From NCBI RefSeq assembly GCF_004365815.1, contig NZ_SODD01000057.1, forward strand, positions 1-10,646: a DNA stretch of 10,646 nt, written 5' to 3'. The stretch comes from Breznakia blatticola. Lineage in GTDB: Bacteria; Bacillota_I; Bacilli_A; Erysipelotrichales; Erysipelotrichaceae. Position 1 is the first letter of the stretch, and every line of letters starts with the position of its first letter. This document shows positions 1 to 5,695 of this stretch, piece after piece. The notes under the pieces were generated by a model, which saw nothing but the letters and a program-made list of their open reading frames with translations, was not told the DNA's origin and searched no databases. The position numbers were made by a program, and so were the translations under genes.

Positions 1-692
1 GAAAAGATATTGAAGATGAGTCCTGCAACCATCACTCCACATGCAGTCCCTACAAAGGCGACTAATGTCTTCTTTGTTGGTCCATCAATAATCAGTAAAG
101 TAAAAGCCGATATAATTACTGCACTTATAATCGCAATTAGAATTGGTGAATACCCATGGAAGACTAATGGTAAGGTAAAGAATAATACGGTAATAAATGT
201 AAAGGCTAAACCAACAGCTGCTTTTAGTCCTTTCATTCCACCTACGGCAATCATCAACACCACAAATAGTCCAATCATTAAGTAGATACCATTTGTTCGT
301 TGATAATTGTAGATACTTACACTATTTCCTGCTTGTGTTTCATCTACTGCCACGATGACTTTACTACCCTCTTCAACTAGAATGTTATGTGTTTTGGTGA
401 CATAGTTGGTAATACTAAATTCTTTACCTTCTAGTTTCCCGCTTGTCACTTTTACTTTTACATCCTGTGTTCCACGATACCCTGAACTCGTTTGTTCATC
501 CGCTTCTAAGTATTGATCATGCACTTTAGTAATCGTAGCTTTTTCGTATTGTAGATTATCTGCATGTATCAGTGAATAGGATTCTAGTTTCTCTGTATTT
601 AACCAATATAGAAACACAAAGAAACAACATGCACATACAAGTAACACGATTGTACTGATTCTCTTTTTATCCATCGTTATCTTTTTCATCAT
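1..692 (-). CDS. YibE/F-family integral membrane protein; partial, with the 3' end cut by the window edge (about 230 N-terminal codons present)
   Basis: Minus-strand ORF missing from the supplied track because it has no stop inside the window. The reverse complement from 692 reads ATGATGAAAAAGATAACGATGGATAAAAAG... = MMKKITMDKKRISTIVLLVCACCFFVFLYWL (N-terminal TM helix). A ~110-aa hydrophilic segment follows (...VTSGKLEGKEFSITNYVTKTHNILVEEGSKVIVAVDE...), then consecutive TM helices (GIYLMIGLFVVLMIAVGG, AAVGLAFTFITVLFFTLPLVF, SPILIAIISAVIISAFTLLII, LVAFVGTACGVMVAGLIFNIF). There is an in-frame stop upstream at 714-716. This topology matches my recollection of YibE/F (PF07907) proteins. No convincing SD precedes ATG 692, 689 or 674, so the exact start is uncertain. 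Track ORF 10..285(+) is its antisense shadow. Confidence 0.7.
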   Translation of the reverse strand, partial: MMKKITMDKKRISTIVLLVCACCFFVFLYWLNTEKLESYSLIHADNLQYEKATITKVHDQYLEADEQTSSGYRGTQDVKVKVTSGKLEGKEFSITNYVTKTHNILVEEGSKVIVAVDETQAGNSVSIYNYQRTNGIYLMIGLFVVLMIAVGGMKGLKAAVGLAFTFITVLFFTLPLVFHGYSPILIAIISAVIISAFTLLIIDGPTKKTLVAFVGTACGVMVAGLIFNIF

Positions 693-702
693 GTAATTAA
701 GA

Positions 703-728
703 AATGTAGCATCCTAAGACACTACATT
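703..728 (-). terminator. Weak stem-loop between the phosphoesterase gene and the YibE/F gene; possibly a leaky terminator
   Basis: AATGTAG (703-709) pairs with CTACATT (722-728): a 7-bp stem with a 12-nt loop. On the minus strand it is followed by UUCUUAAUU. The short AT-rich stem, large loop and poor U-tract make it weak, so co-transcription of the two genes stays possible. Confidence 0.25.
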
Positions 729-735
729 CTCCTTT

Positions 736-2937
736 CTAGTTTTTTCTTTTTAGCTTGTAAGCTCCTAATACCATACCACTAGCTAGTAGCATCAAGGCAA
801 ATACCATTGGTGTTGTACTATCTCCTGTATCAGGTGATGTTGCTGGTTTTGATACATCATTATCTTTTGGTGTATCAACTACCGGCTTTTCTTCCACTGG
901 TTTTTCTACCACTGGTGTATCCGCAGTTTTCTTAATTGTATAACTATCTACTGTTTCTAATGTATCTGTACGGTATGCTTCCATTGTAAATGTATCATCT
1001 GTAAATGACAAGTGCATAAACATTGGTACCTTTGGTTGCGCACGTTTTGCTAGATATTCATATTCTGTCACTAAGTCATAGTATTTACTTCCACTTGCAC
1101 TACTTGTTGTTAGATATAAAATTCCATCAGGATTTTCTACTTCACTTGCAGTTGCATCAATTCCTTCTACAGGCATGAAGTTTTTCATAATCTTTGTACG
1201 TGCATAGCAGTGGTCGTGTCCCATTAAGACTACATCCACACCTAATTCTTCAAATACCGGCACGAATGCTTGTTGTCTTGGTTCTACTTGATCTTTATAT
1301 GTTGATTGTTTTCCAGATGCATAAATACTTTGGTGGAACATTACAACTTTCCATGCAAAGTCTTGATCTTTCGTTTCTTCATTTACTTTACGCATGAACT
1401 CAACGTGTTCTTCATTGTTTGAATTACTAGTATTCAGTACCATGTATAGTACATTTCCATATGTATAGTAGTAATCACTATTTGCAGCACTTGCACCTAA
1501 TCCTGAAAGATTTGGTTCATTGAAGTGGTTTCCATAGTTTTTGGCAATATCGTGGTTTCCTACAGCTGTAGCTGATGGAATTCCTTGTAGTGCTTTTGGT
1601 GTAAAGTATGCATCATACTCACTTTCTTTATTGGCTACATCGACCATATCTCCAGTATTGGCAATAAAACTTACATTTGGGAACATTCCTAATGCTTTAT
1701 CTAATGTGTTTTCCCATCCAAGTAAGTCCGTTGGAATGGTTCCTGTACCGATTTGTGCATCTGATAAGAAGATAAATTCATATCCATTATCTACATTTTT
1801 CGTAGTTAGTTTGTATACTTTTGAATATCCTTCTGCATTTCCTACGCGATACACATAGTTTTTACCTGGTTCAATTCCATTGTAATCTACTTTATTTGAG
1901 TAGTAGTGTGTATCTGTAAATTTTGTATATGCTTTTTCTGTTGATTTAGCAGATATTGTTGTTGCTTTTGCTTCATCAAATACACTTACATCATTACCTT
2001 CCATAATTTGAAGTGCTCCTGCATTTTCAGAAGTCGCAAACCAAGCAAGGTTTAATGAACTCTCATCACTACCTACGTTTAATGATACATTTTTTACTGC
2101 ATCACTATCTGGTAATTTATCACCAGCAGGGTTGATGTTGAATTCAAGTAATTCAAATAATGCATCTTCATCCACTTCATCATATGTGTGAAGTTCCACT
2201 GCAATTGTGATATCCATAAATGTATTTCCATACGCATCTGTATCAGCAACATCCAATTGACTAACTGTCATTTTCCAGTCATCATCCCAAACATCTTTGT
2301 ATGTTCCTGGAACATAACCATCAGCTAAACTTGACACATCTTCGATAATAAATTCTTCTTCGATATACCCATCAACCTTTACTTGACTACCATATTCTGT
2401 ATTTTTCTTGTAGTTGCTTGTTGGAATATTGAAGAATTCACCAACTGGTTTTCCGTTGATGTACATAATCATTGCATCATTGTACTTAACTTTTCCTGAG
2501 ATTGCATAAATGCTATCTACTTGTTTTTGTGTTAAACGGAATGTGTGACGTAAATAGTATGTACTGTATGTTGTACCATCATCATTAGTTTTTAACACTT
2601 GTCCATTATCATTTTCTTTTGTCGTAAATTTCTTTCCTTGATATGTAGGCCAAGCAGCATCATCAAATTTCATATCGACACCATAATCTAACCAACCAAT
2701 TGGATACGCCCAACCGTTACGTTTATTCCATCCCTCATACCAAGTACCTTTATTTGGATCTGTATTATCATCTAAATATTTCCACTCCATTGTGTCTTGT
2801 GCTACATTATAATTTGACAAGACTTCGATTGGAGCTTCTTCTTGTGTTTGTGTTACGAAAACTTTATGTTCACCACCAAAGTTTCCACTCAATAAAGTCA
2901 TAATTGTTACTAATGTTATTCCAATTTTCTTAAACAT
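736..2937 (-). CDS. Secreted, cell-wall-anchored metallophosphoesterase (purple-acid-phosphatase-like) with an N-terminal jelly-roll/carbohydrate-binding-like domain
   Basis: 733-aa ORF. SD AAGGAG (reverse complement of 2944-2949) lies 6 nt before the ATG. Signal peptide MFKKIGITLVTIMTLLSGNFGG. Residues ~40-280 show a galactose-binding-like jelly-roll pattern (YYLRHTFRL...AMIMYINGKPVG). Next is a PAP N-terminal/FN3-like segment (SLNLAWFATSE...GKNYVYRVGN). Calcineurin-type metallophosphatase motifs follow in order: FLSDAQIG, TGDMVD, VGNHD, VMFHQ, MGHDH. A Pro/Glu/Lys stalk (PVVEKPVEEKPVVDTP) precedes the C-terminal sorting signal SPDTG + hydrophobic helix + KLKRKN. Confidence 0.9.
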   Translation of the reverse strand: MFKKIGITLVTIMTLLSGNFGGEHKVFVTQTQEEAPIEVLSNYNVAQDTMEWKYLDDNTDPNKGTWYEGWNKRNGWAYPIGWLDYGVDMKFDDAAWPTYQGKKFTTKENDNGQVLKTNDDGTTYSTYYLRHTFRLTQKQVDSIYAISGKVKYNDAMIMYINGKPVGEFFNIPTSNYKKNTEYGSQVKVDGYIEEEFIIEDVSSLADGYVPGTYKDVWDDDWKMTVSQLDVADTDAYGNTFMDITIAVELHTYDEVDEDALFELLEFNINPAGDKLPDSDAVKNVSLNVGSDESSLNLAWFATSENAGALQIMEGNDVSVFDEAKATTISAKSTEKAYTKFTDTHYYSNKVDYNGIEPGKNYVYRVGNAEGYSKVYKLTTKNVDNGYEFIFLSDAQIGTGTIPTDLLGWENTLDKALGMFPNVSFIANTGDMVDVANKESEYDAYFTPKALQGIPSATAVGNHDIAKNYGNHFNEPNLSGLGASAANSDYYYTYGNVLYMVLNTSNSNNEEHVEFMRKVNEETKDQDFAWKVVMFHQSIYASGKQSTYKDQVEPRQQAFVPVFEELGVDVVLMGHDHCYARTKIMKNFMPVEGIDATASEVENPDGILYLTTSSASGSKYYDLVTEYEYLAKRAQPKVPMFMHLSFTDDTFTMEAYRTDTLETVDSYTIKKTADTPVVEKPVEEKPVVDTPKDNDVSKPATSPDTGDSTTPMVFALMLLASGMVLGAYKLKRKN

Positions 2938-3050
2938 AATTATCTCCTTACATGTTCAATTTTATTACTTGCTACTTATCATCGTGATCCTTTACTTTTT
3001 ACGATGACTATTTAATGCATTAATGAAGCCTAGTACTCTTAATTATGCGT

Positions 3051-3074
3051 ACATACATAACTCCACCCAAATTT
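3051..3074. repeat. Copy 3 of the intergenic ACAYAC...C-run motif (ACATACATAACTCCACCCAAATTT)
   Basis: Read directly from the sequence. It is similar to 3250-3273: ACA(C/T)ACA, then ACT(T/C)C(C/A)CCC, then AAA(A)TTT. On the minus strand it reads AAATTTGGGTGGAGTTATGTATGT. Confidence 0.5.
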
Positions 3075-3171
3075 GCATCCTTTGTAGTTACACTTGAAGT
3101 ATCTTTTCTTCACCTAATCTTTTTGATATGTTCAAGTTATTCTACGACCAAGCTACAATAACATTACCTTT

Positions 3172-3195
3172 ACACACTAAAATACCCCCTACTTT
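3172..3195. repeat. Copy 2 of the intergenic ACAYAC...C-run motif (ACACACTAAAATACCCCCTACTTT)
   Basis: ACACAC followed 8 nt later by CCCCC. This is the most diverged of the three copies. On the minus strand it reads AAAGTAGGGGGTATTTTAGTGTGT. Confidence 0.4.
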
Positions 3196-3249
3196 ATTAT
3201 CATTCCTCCTTTTGAATAATCCTTGCGATTACAAAGTAAGAAAATTTTG

Positions 3250-3273
3250 ACACACAACTTCCCCCAAAATTTT
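3250..3273. repeat. Copy 1 of the intergenic ACAYAC...C-run motif (ACACACAACTTCCCCCAAAATTTT)
   Basis: ACACACA followed by ACTTCCCCC and AAAATTTT. On the minus strand it reads AAAATTTTGGGGGAAGTTGTGTGT. It overlaps a perfect plus-strand TTGACA at 3247-3252. Confidence 0.5.
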
Positions 3274-3414
3274 ATATCACTTTTTTTCTTATCTATTCCC
3301 ATTATGAAAGATTGCTATTTTCTAAGCAACCTAACATTTGCACCCTACGCGTGCATATTCCTGTTTTTGCGATTTCCATTTAATCTTGATAACTCCTATT
3401 TACCGATTGTTGTA

Positions 3415-3446
3415 TAAAATACAAAAAGCAACCGAAATCGGTTGCT
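3415..3446 (-). terminator. Rho-independent terminator of the PTS-transketolase operon
   Basis: The minus strand reads AGCAACCG-AUUU-CGGUUGCU (8-bp perfect stem, arms at 3427-3434 and 3439-3446, 4-nt loop), followed directly by UUUUGUAUUUU. It lies about 50 nt downstream of the transketolase C-subunit stop at 3495. Confidence 0.8.
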
Positions 3447-3455
3447 AATTCAAAT

Positions 3456-3480
3456 AGCAACTACATACGGTTGCTTTTCT
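3456..3480. terminator. Second stem-loop, a near-duplicate of the terminator hairpin; its T-tract is on the plus strand
   Basis: AGCAAC (3456-3461) pairs with GTTGCT (3470-3475): a 6-bp stem with an 8-nt loop, followed on the plus strand by TTTCT. The segment CGGTTGCT at 3468-3475 is identical to 3439-3446. With the hairpin at 3427-3446 it forms a tandem or bidirectional terminator pair. Confidence 0.4.
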
Positions 3481-3494
3481 ATTGCAATAAAAGA

Positions 3495-4451
3495 TTAGAT
3501 GGTAAGATTTTGAATTGTCTTTACTACATCATCTTTGGTTAAGCCAAACTCTTTTTGTAAGTATTCTTGTGAACCTACTTGTCCAAATGCTTCTTTGCAT
3601 CCCATTCGCATCAATGGAATTTGTAATGCATGCTCTGCTATAACTTCAGCGACTGCACTACCTAAACCACCCGTAATTGAGTGATTTTCCAAAACAACGA
3701 TATGTTTTTTATCTTTACTATGTTTAAGAATTGCTTCAACATCTAATGGTTTAATCGTAAACATATCAAGAACTTCAACATCGATATCTTGACTTGCTAA
3801 TTCATTTGCTGCATCAAGTGCATCACTGACAAGTTGTCCTGCACTAATTAAAAGTACATCTTCACCTTCACGTAATAGATTTGCTTTTCCTAATCTGAAA
3901 GTTGAACCTTTAGCATAAAGATTACGTACACCTTTACGATTTCCACGTATGTAGTGAATACCTTCCATTTTCGCAAATTCTTTAATAATCCAGTCCATTT
4001 GTACATCATCAGCAGCATCACAAATCACAGCATCGGGAATGGTGCGCATCAATGCTACATCTTCCCATGTTGTATGTGTTCCACCATTTGGTCCAGCACA
4101 AAATCCTGGATCTGACCCATAAATATTCAACGTATTGAATGCATATGCTCCAGATAAGAAAATTTGATCAAATACACGACGAGTAGCAAATGGTCCAAAC
4201 GTATGAACAAATGGCACAAAACCGGTAACACTTAATCCTGCAGCTATTCCAATCATATTTGCTTCAGCAATACCCACATTAATAAAGTTATCTGGATGTG
4301 TCTTTTGAATGTTTGTCCATCCACTAGCACCACCTAAGTCTGCTTCAAGTGCAACTACATTTGCATTTTCTTGGATTGCTTCTTGTAGGGCCCCAACTAC
4401 TGACATACGCATTTCTTGTTTGTCTTGTCTATCTCTATCTAAAGTAAACAT
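3495..4451 (-). CDS. Transketolase, C-terminal subunit (pyrimidine-binding plus C-terminal domains) of a split transketolase
   Basis: 318-aa ORF with the typical transketolase middle and C-terminal sequence (FINVGIAEANMIGIAAGL, FVHTFGPFATRR, GPNGGTHTTWEDVALMRTIP, ITGGLGSAVAEV). Its ATG overlaps the upstream stop (TAATG, 4449-4453), which indicates translational coupling with the N-terminal subunit. Confidence 0.92.
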   Translation of the reverse strand: MFTLDRDRQDKQEMRMSVVGALQEAIQENANVVALEADLGGASGWTNIQKTHPDNFINVGIAEANMIGIAAGLSVTGFVPFVHTFGPFATRRVFDQIFLSGAYAFNTLNIYGSDPGFCAGPNGGTHTTWEDVALMRTIPDAVICDAADDVQMDWIIKEFAKMEGIHYIRGNRKGVRNLYAKGSTFRLGKANLLREGEDVLLISAGQLVSDALDAANELASQDIDVEVLDMFTIKPLDVEAILKHSKDKKHIVVLENHSITGGLGSAVAEVIAEHALQIPLMRMGCKEAFGQVGSQEYLQKEFGLTKDDVVKTIQNLTI

Positions 4452-5305
4452 TAGGCACCCTCCTTTACGATATATGCTTCCAAGTTTGCAATAGCTTCAC
4501 TTGTAGCTAGTTGTGTTTCTTCGCTATTAAATTTTACAGAGTGATTTGCTTCTAACTGCTCAAAGTAAGGAATTCCTTGTCCTTTGATTGTATCTAAAAT
4601 AATACATACTGCTTGATCTTTTACATCAAAACTCAATTCGATTGCATCTGCGATAGCTTTTTCATCTGCACCATTAACACTTAGTGCATGAAAACCAAAT
4701 GCACGCATTTTTGCTTCAATATCAAATGGATTACAAACATCACATGTATATCCATCTAACTGTCTTTTATTATTATCAATAAAGACGATGCAATTATTCA
4801 ATTTATTGTGTGCGATATATTGGAATGCTTCCCAACATTGCCCTTCATTTAGTTCTCCATCACCAACGATTAGATATACTTTTTGGTCTGTGTGATTCAT
4901 TTTGAAGCCTGTCGCGATTCCTGCTGCTACACTTGTTCCTTGACCTAATGAACCAGTTGTCATATCTACACCTGGTGTTTTTGAACGGTCTGGATGTGAA
5001 GGCATATTTGTACCTCCAGCATTTAAGGTATACAACATATCTTTTTCAAAAAAACCAACATTTGCCAATGTCGCATATAATCCAGGACCTGCATGCCCTT
5101 TTGATAAAACAAACATATCTCTCTTGTCCCATGATGGATTACTTGCATCATAGCGCATATACTTTCCATAAAGTACACTCAGTACTTCAACAATGGATAA
5201 CGATCCCCCAACATGTCCGTATCCTAATGATGACAACATTTTCATCACATCAAGACGAATCTTTGCAGATAGTACTTTCAAATCTTTTACTTCACTTGCA
5301 TTCAT
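4451..5305 (-). CDS. Transketolase, N-terminal (thiamine-diphosphate-binding) subunit of a split transketolase
   Basis: 284-aa ORF with GHVGGSLS, LSKGHAGPGLYA, TGSLGQG and the Mg-ThDP motif GDGELNEGQCWEA. SD GAGG lies 8 nt upstream of the ATG at 5305. Confidence 0.92.
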   Translation of the reverse strand: MNASEVKDLKVLSAKIRLDVMKMLSSLGYGHVGGSLSIVEVLSVLYGKYMRYDASNPSWDKRDMFVLSKGHAGPGLYATLANVGFFEKDMLYTLNAGGTNMPSHPDRSKTPGVDMTTGSLGQGTSVAAGIATGFKMNHTDQKVYLIVGDGELNEGQCWEAFQYIAHNKLNNCIVFIDNNKRQLDGYTCDVCNPFDIEAKMRAFGFHALSVNGADEKAIADAIELSFDVKDQAVCIILDTIKGQGIPYFEQLEANHSVKFNSEETQLATSEAIANLEAYIVKEGA

Positions 5306-5318
5306 ACATCAAACCTCG

Positions 5319-5597
5319 CTACTTCTTCATCTCAGCATCGAGTTTTGTTTCTAGTTCAGTCATGTCCATAATGTTATCTAAGATAATCACTCTTGGTAAA
5401 GAAGACACGAATTGTTCCAAATCTTTTCCAACAACAAATAAGTCTGCTGCATTTTCTGTTGCATCACTTACTGATGAGTGTGTTACATCAATTCCTGTGT
5501 AGCCAAGGTTTTTTAATGTCTTTTCAACATTCATGCGAACAAGCATACTTGATCCTAACCCTGAACCACAGCAACACATGATTCTTTTTACTTCCAT
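5319..5597 (-). CDS. PTS EIIB component, L-ascorbate family (UlaB/SgaB-like)
   Basis: 92-aa ORF. N-terminal phosphoryl-cysteine loop MCCCGSGLGSSMLV (UlaB-type CG.G.GSS pattern). Strong SD AAGGAGG lies 7 nt upstream (reverse complement of 5605-5611). Confidence 0.85.
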   Translation of the reverse strand: MEVKRIMCCCGSGLGSSMLVRMNVEKTLKNLGYTGIDVTHSSVSDATENAADLFVVGKDLEQFVSSLPRVIILDNIMDMTELETKLDAEMKK

Positions 5598-5635
5598 ATT
5601 TTTTCCTCCTTATGAAATTATTATACATTTTAAAT

Positions 5636-5666
5636 AAAGGAGATACGTAACATATCTCCTTTTTTT
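5636..5666. other. Strong intra-operon stem-loop between the EIIC and EIIB genes
   Basis: AAAGGAGATA (5636-5645) pairs with TATCTCCTTT (5653-5662): a 10-bp perfect stem with a 7-nt loop. The plus strand continues with TTTT (a T7 run in total). On the coding (minus) strand the stem is preceded by A7 and followed by AUUUAAAAU. A perfect TATAAT (reverse complement of 5620-5625) lies just downstream on the minus strand. Confidence 0.45.
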
Positions 5667-5695
5667 GACCATATGTCAATTACTCATTTATTAAA

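Noticed and set aside
10-285. Plus-strand ORF of 91 aa from the supplied track
   Set aside because: It is antisense to the YibE/F membrane-protein gene, which has a far more convincing product. It has no SD, and its composition is typical of a shadow frame.
3012-3023. A perfect 12-bp palindrome, TTAATGCATTAA, about 80 bp upstream of the phosphoesterase start
   Set aside because: A few AT-rich 12-bp palindromes are expected by chance in 10 kb of AT-rich DNA. There is no second copy and no partner regulator in the window.
3058-3075. A T-box-like AAATTTGGGTGGAG on the minus strand
   Set aside because: It has only the GGGUGG core. The following conserved ACCGCG, a specifier-loop architecture and a downstream terminator/antiterminator are all missing, and the downstream gene is not related to amino-acid metabolism.
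3158-3174. A PhoP-box-like pair, ATAACA-N5-TTTACA, upstream of the phosphoesterase gene
   Set aside because: There are only two half-sites (one imperfect), about 230 bp from the start codon and on the plus strand. Functional Pho boxes usually comprise four or more phased repeats near the -35 position, so the evidence is insufficient.
3190-3213. The strongest SD-like sequence in the leader (AAAGGAGGA) directly abutting ATG of a 4-codon ORF (MIIK). Other mini-ORFs follow SD-like tracts: a 25-aa ORF at 3302-3379, a 12-aa ORF starting at ATG 3056-3058, and GTG-started 8-aa and 11-aa ORFs
   Set aside because: The SD-to-start spacing is only 1-2 nt for MIIK and 14 nt for the 25-aa ORF. The peptides have no recognisable features, so translation cannot be argued from sequence alone. 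They are noted within the long-leader finding instead.
3296-3360. A possible c-di-GMP riboswitch (GCACGCGTAGGGTGCAAA...) upstream of an (S/P)PXTG surface protein, by analogy with C. difficile
   Set aside because: I could not match the conserved cores I remember for GEMM-I (two GCAAA-type tetraloop/receptor arms with ...CACAGGGCAAACC...GACGCAAAGCC...) or for class II (GGAAAC...GGGCAC...GCAACCGACC in that order). The resemblance is limited to a few short words, so an Infernal scan is needed before any claim.
3223-3417. 64-aa TTG-initiated plus-strand ORF, with an internal 37-aa ATG version from 3304, in the long intergenic region; considered as a small hydrophobic type I toxin-like peptide
   Set aside because: No SD precedes either start (the upstream sequence is pyrimidine-rich), and no protein family is recognisable. 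I cannot support it as coding, so it is treated as part of the non-coding region.
4933-5502. Plus-strand ORF of 189 aa, together with the other plus-strand ORFs at 1194-1397, 1541-1858, 2700-2903, 4309-4494, 5393-5581, 5799-6002, 6219-6716, 6861-7130, 7412-7696, 7803-8318, 7901-8113, 8135-8359, 8544-8801, 8717-8926 and 9149-9334
   Set aside because: All lie antisense to well-supported minus-strand genes, and one spans a gene boundary. They have non-ATG or SD-less starts and low-complexity Leu/His/Ser/Phe-rich products typical of antisense frames in AT-rich DNA.
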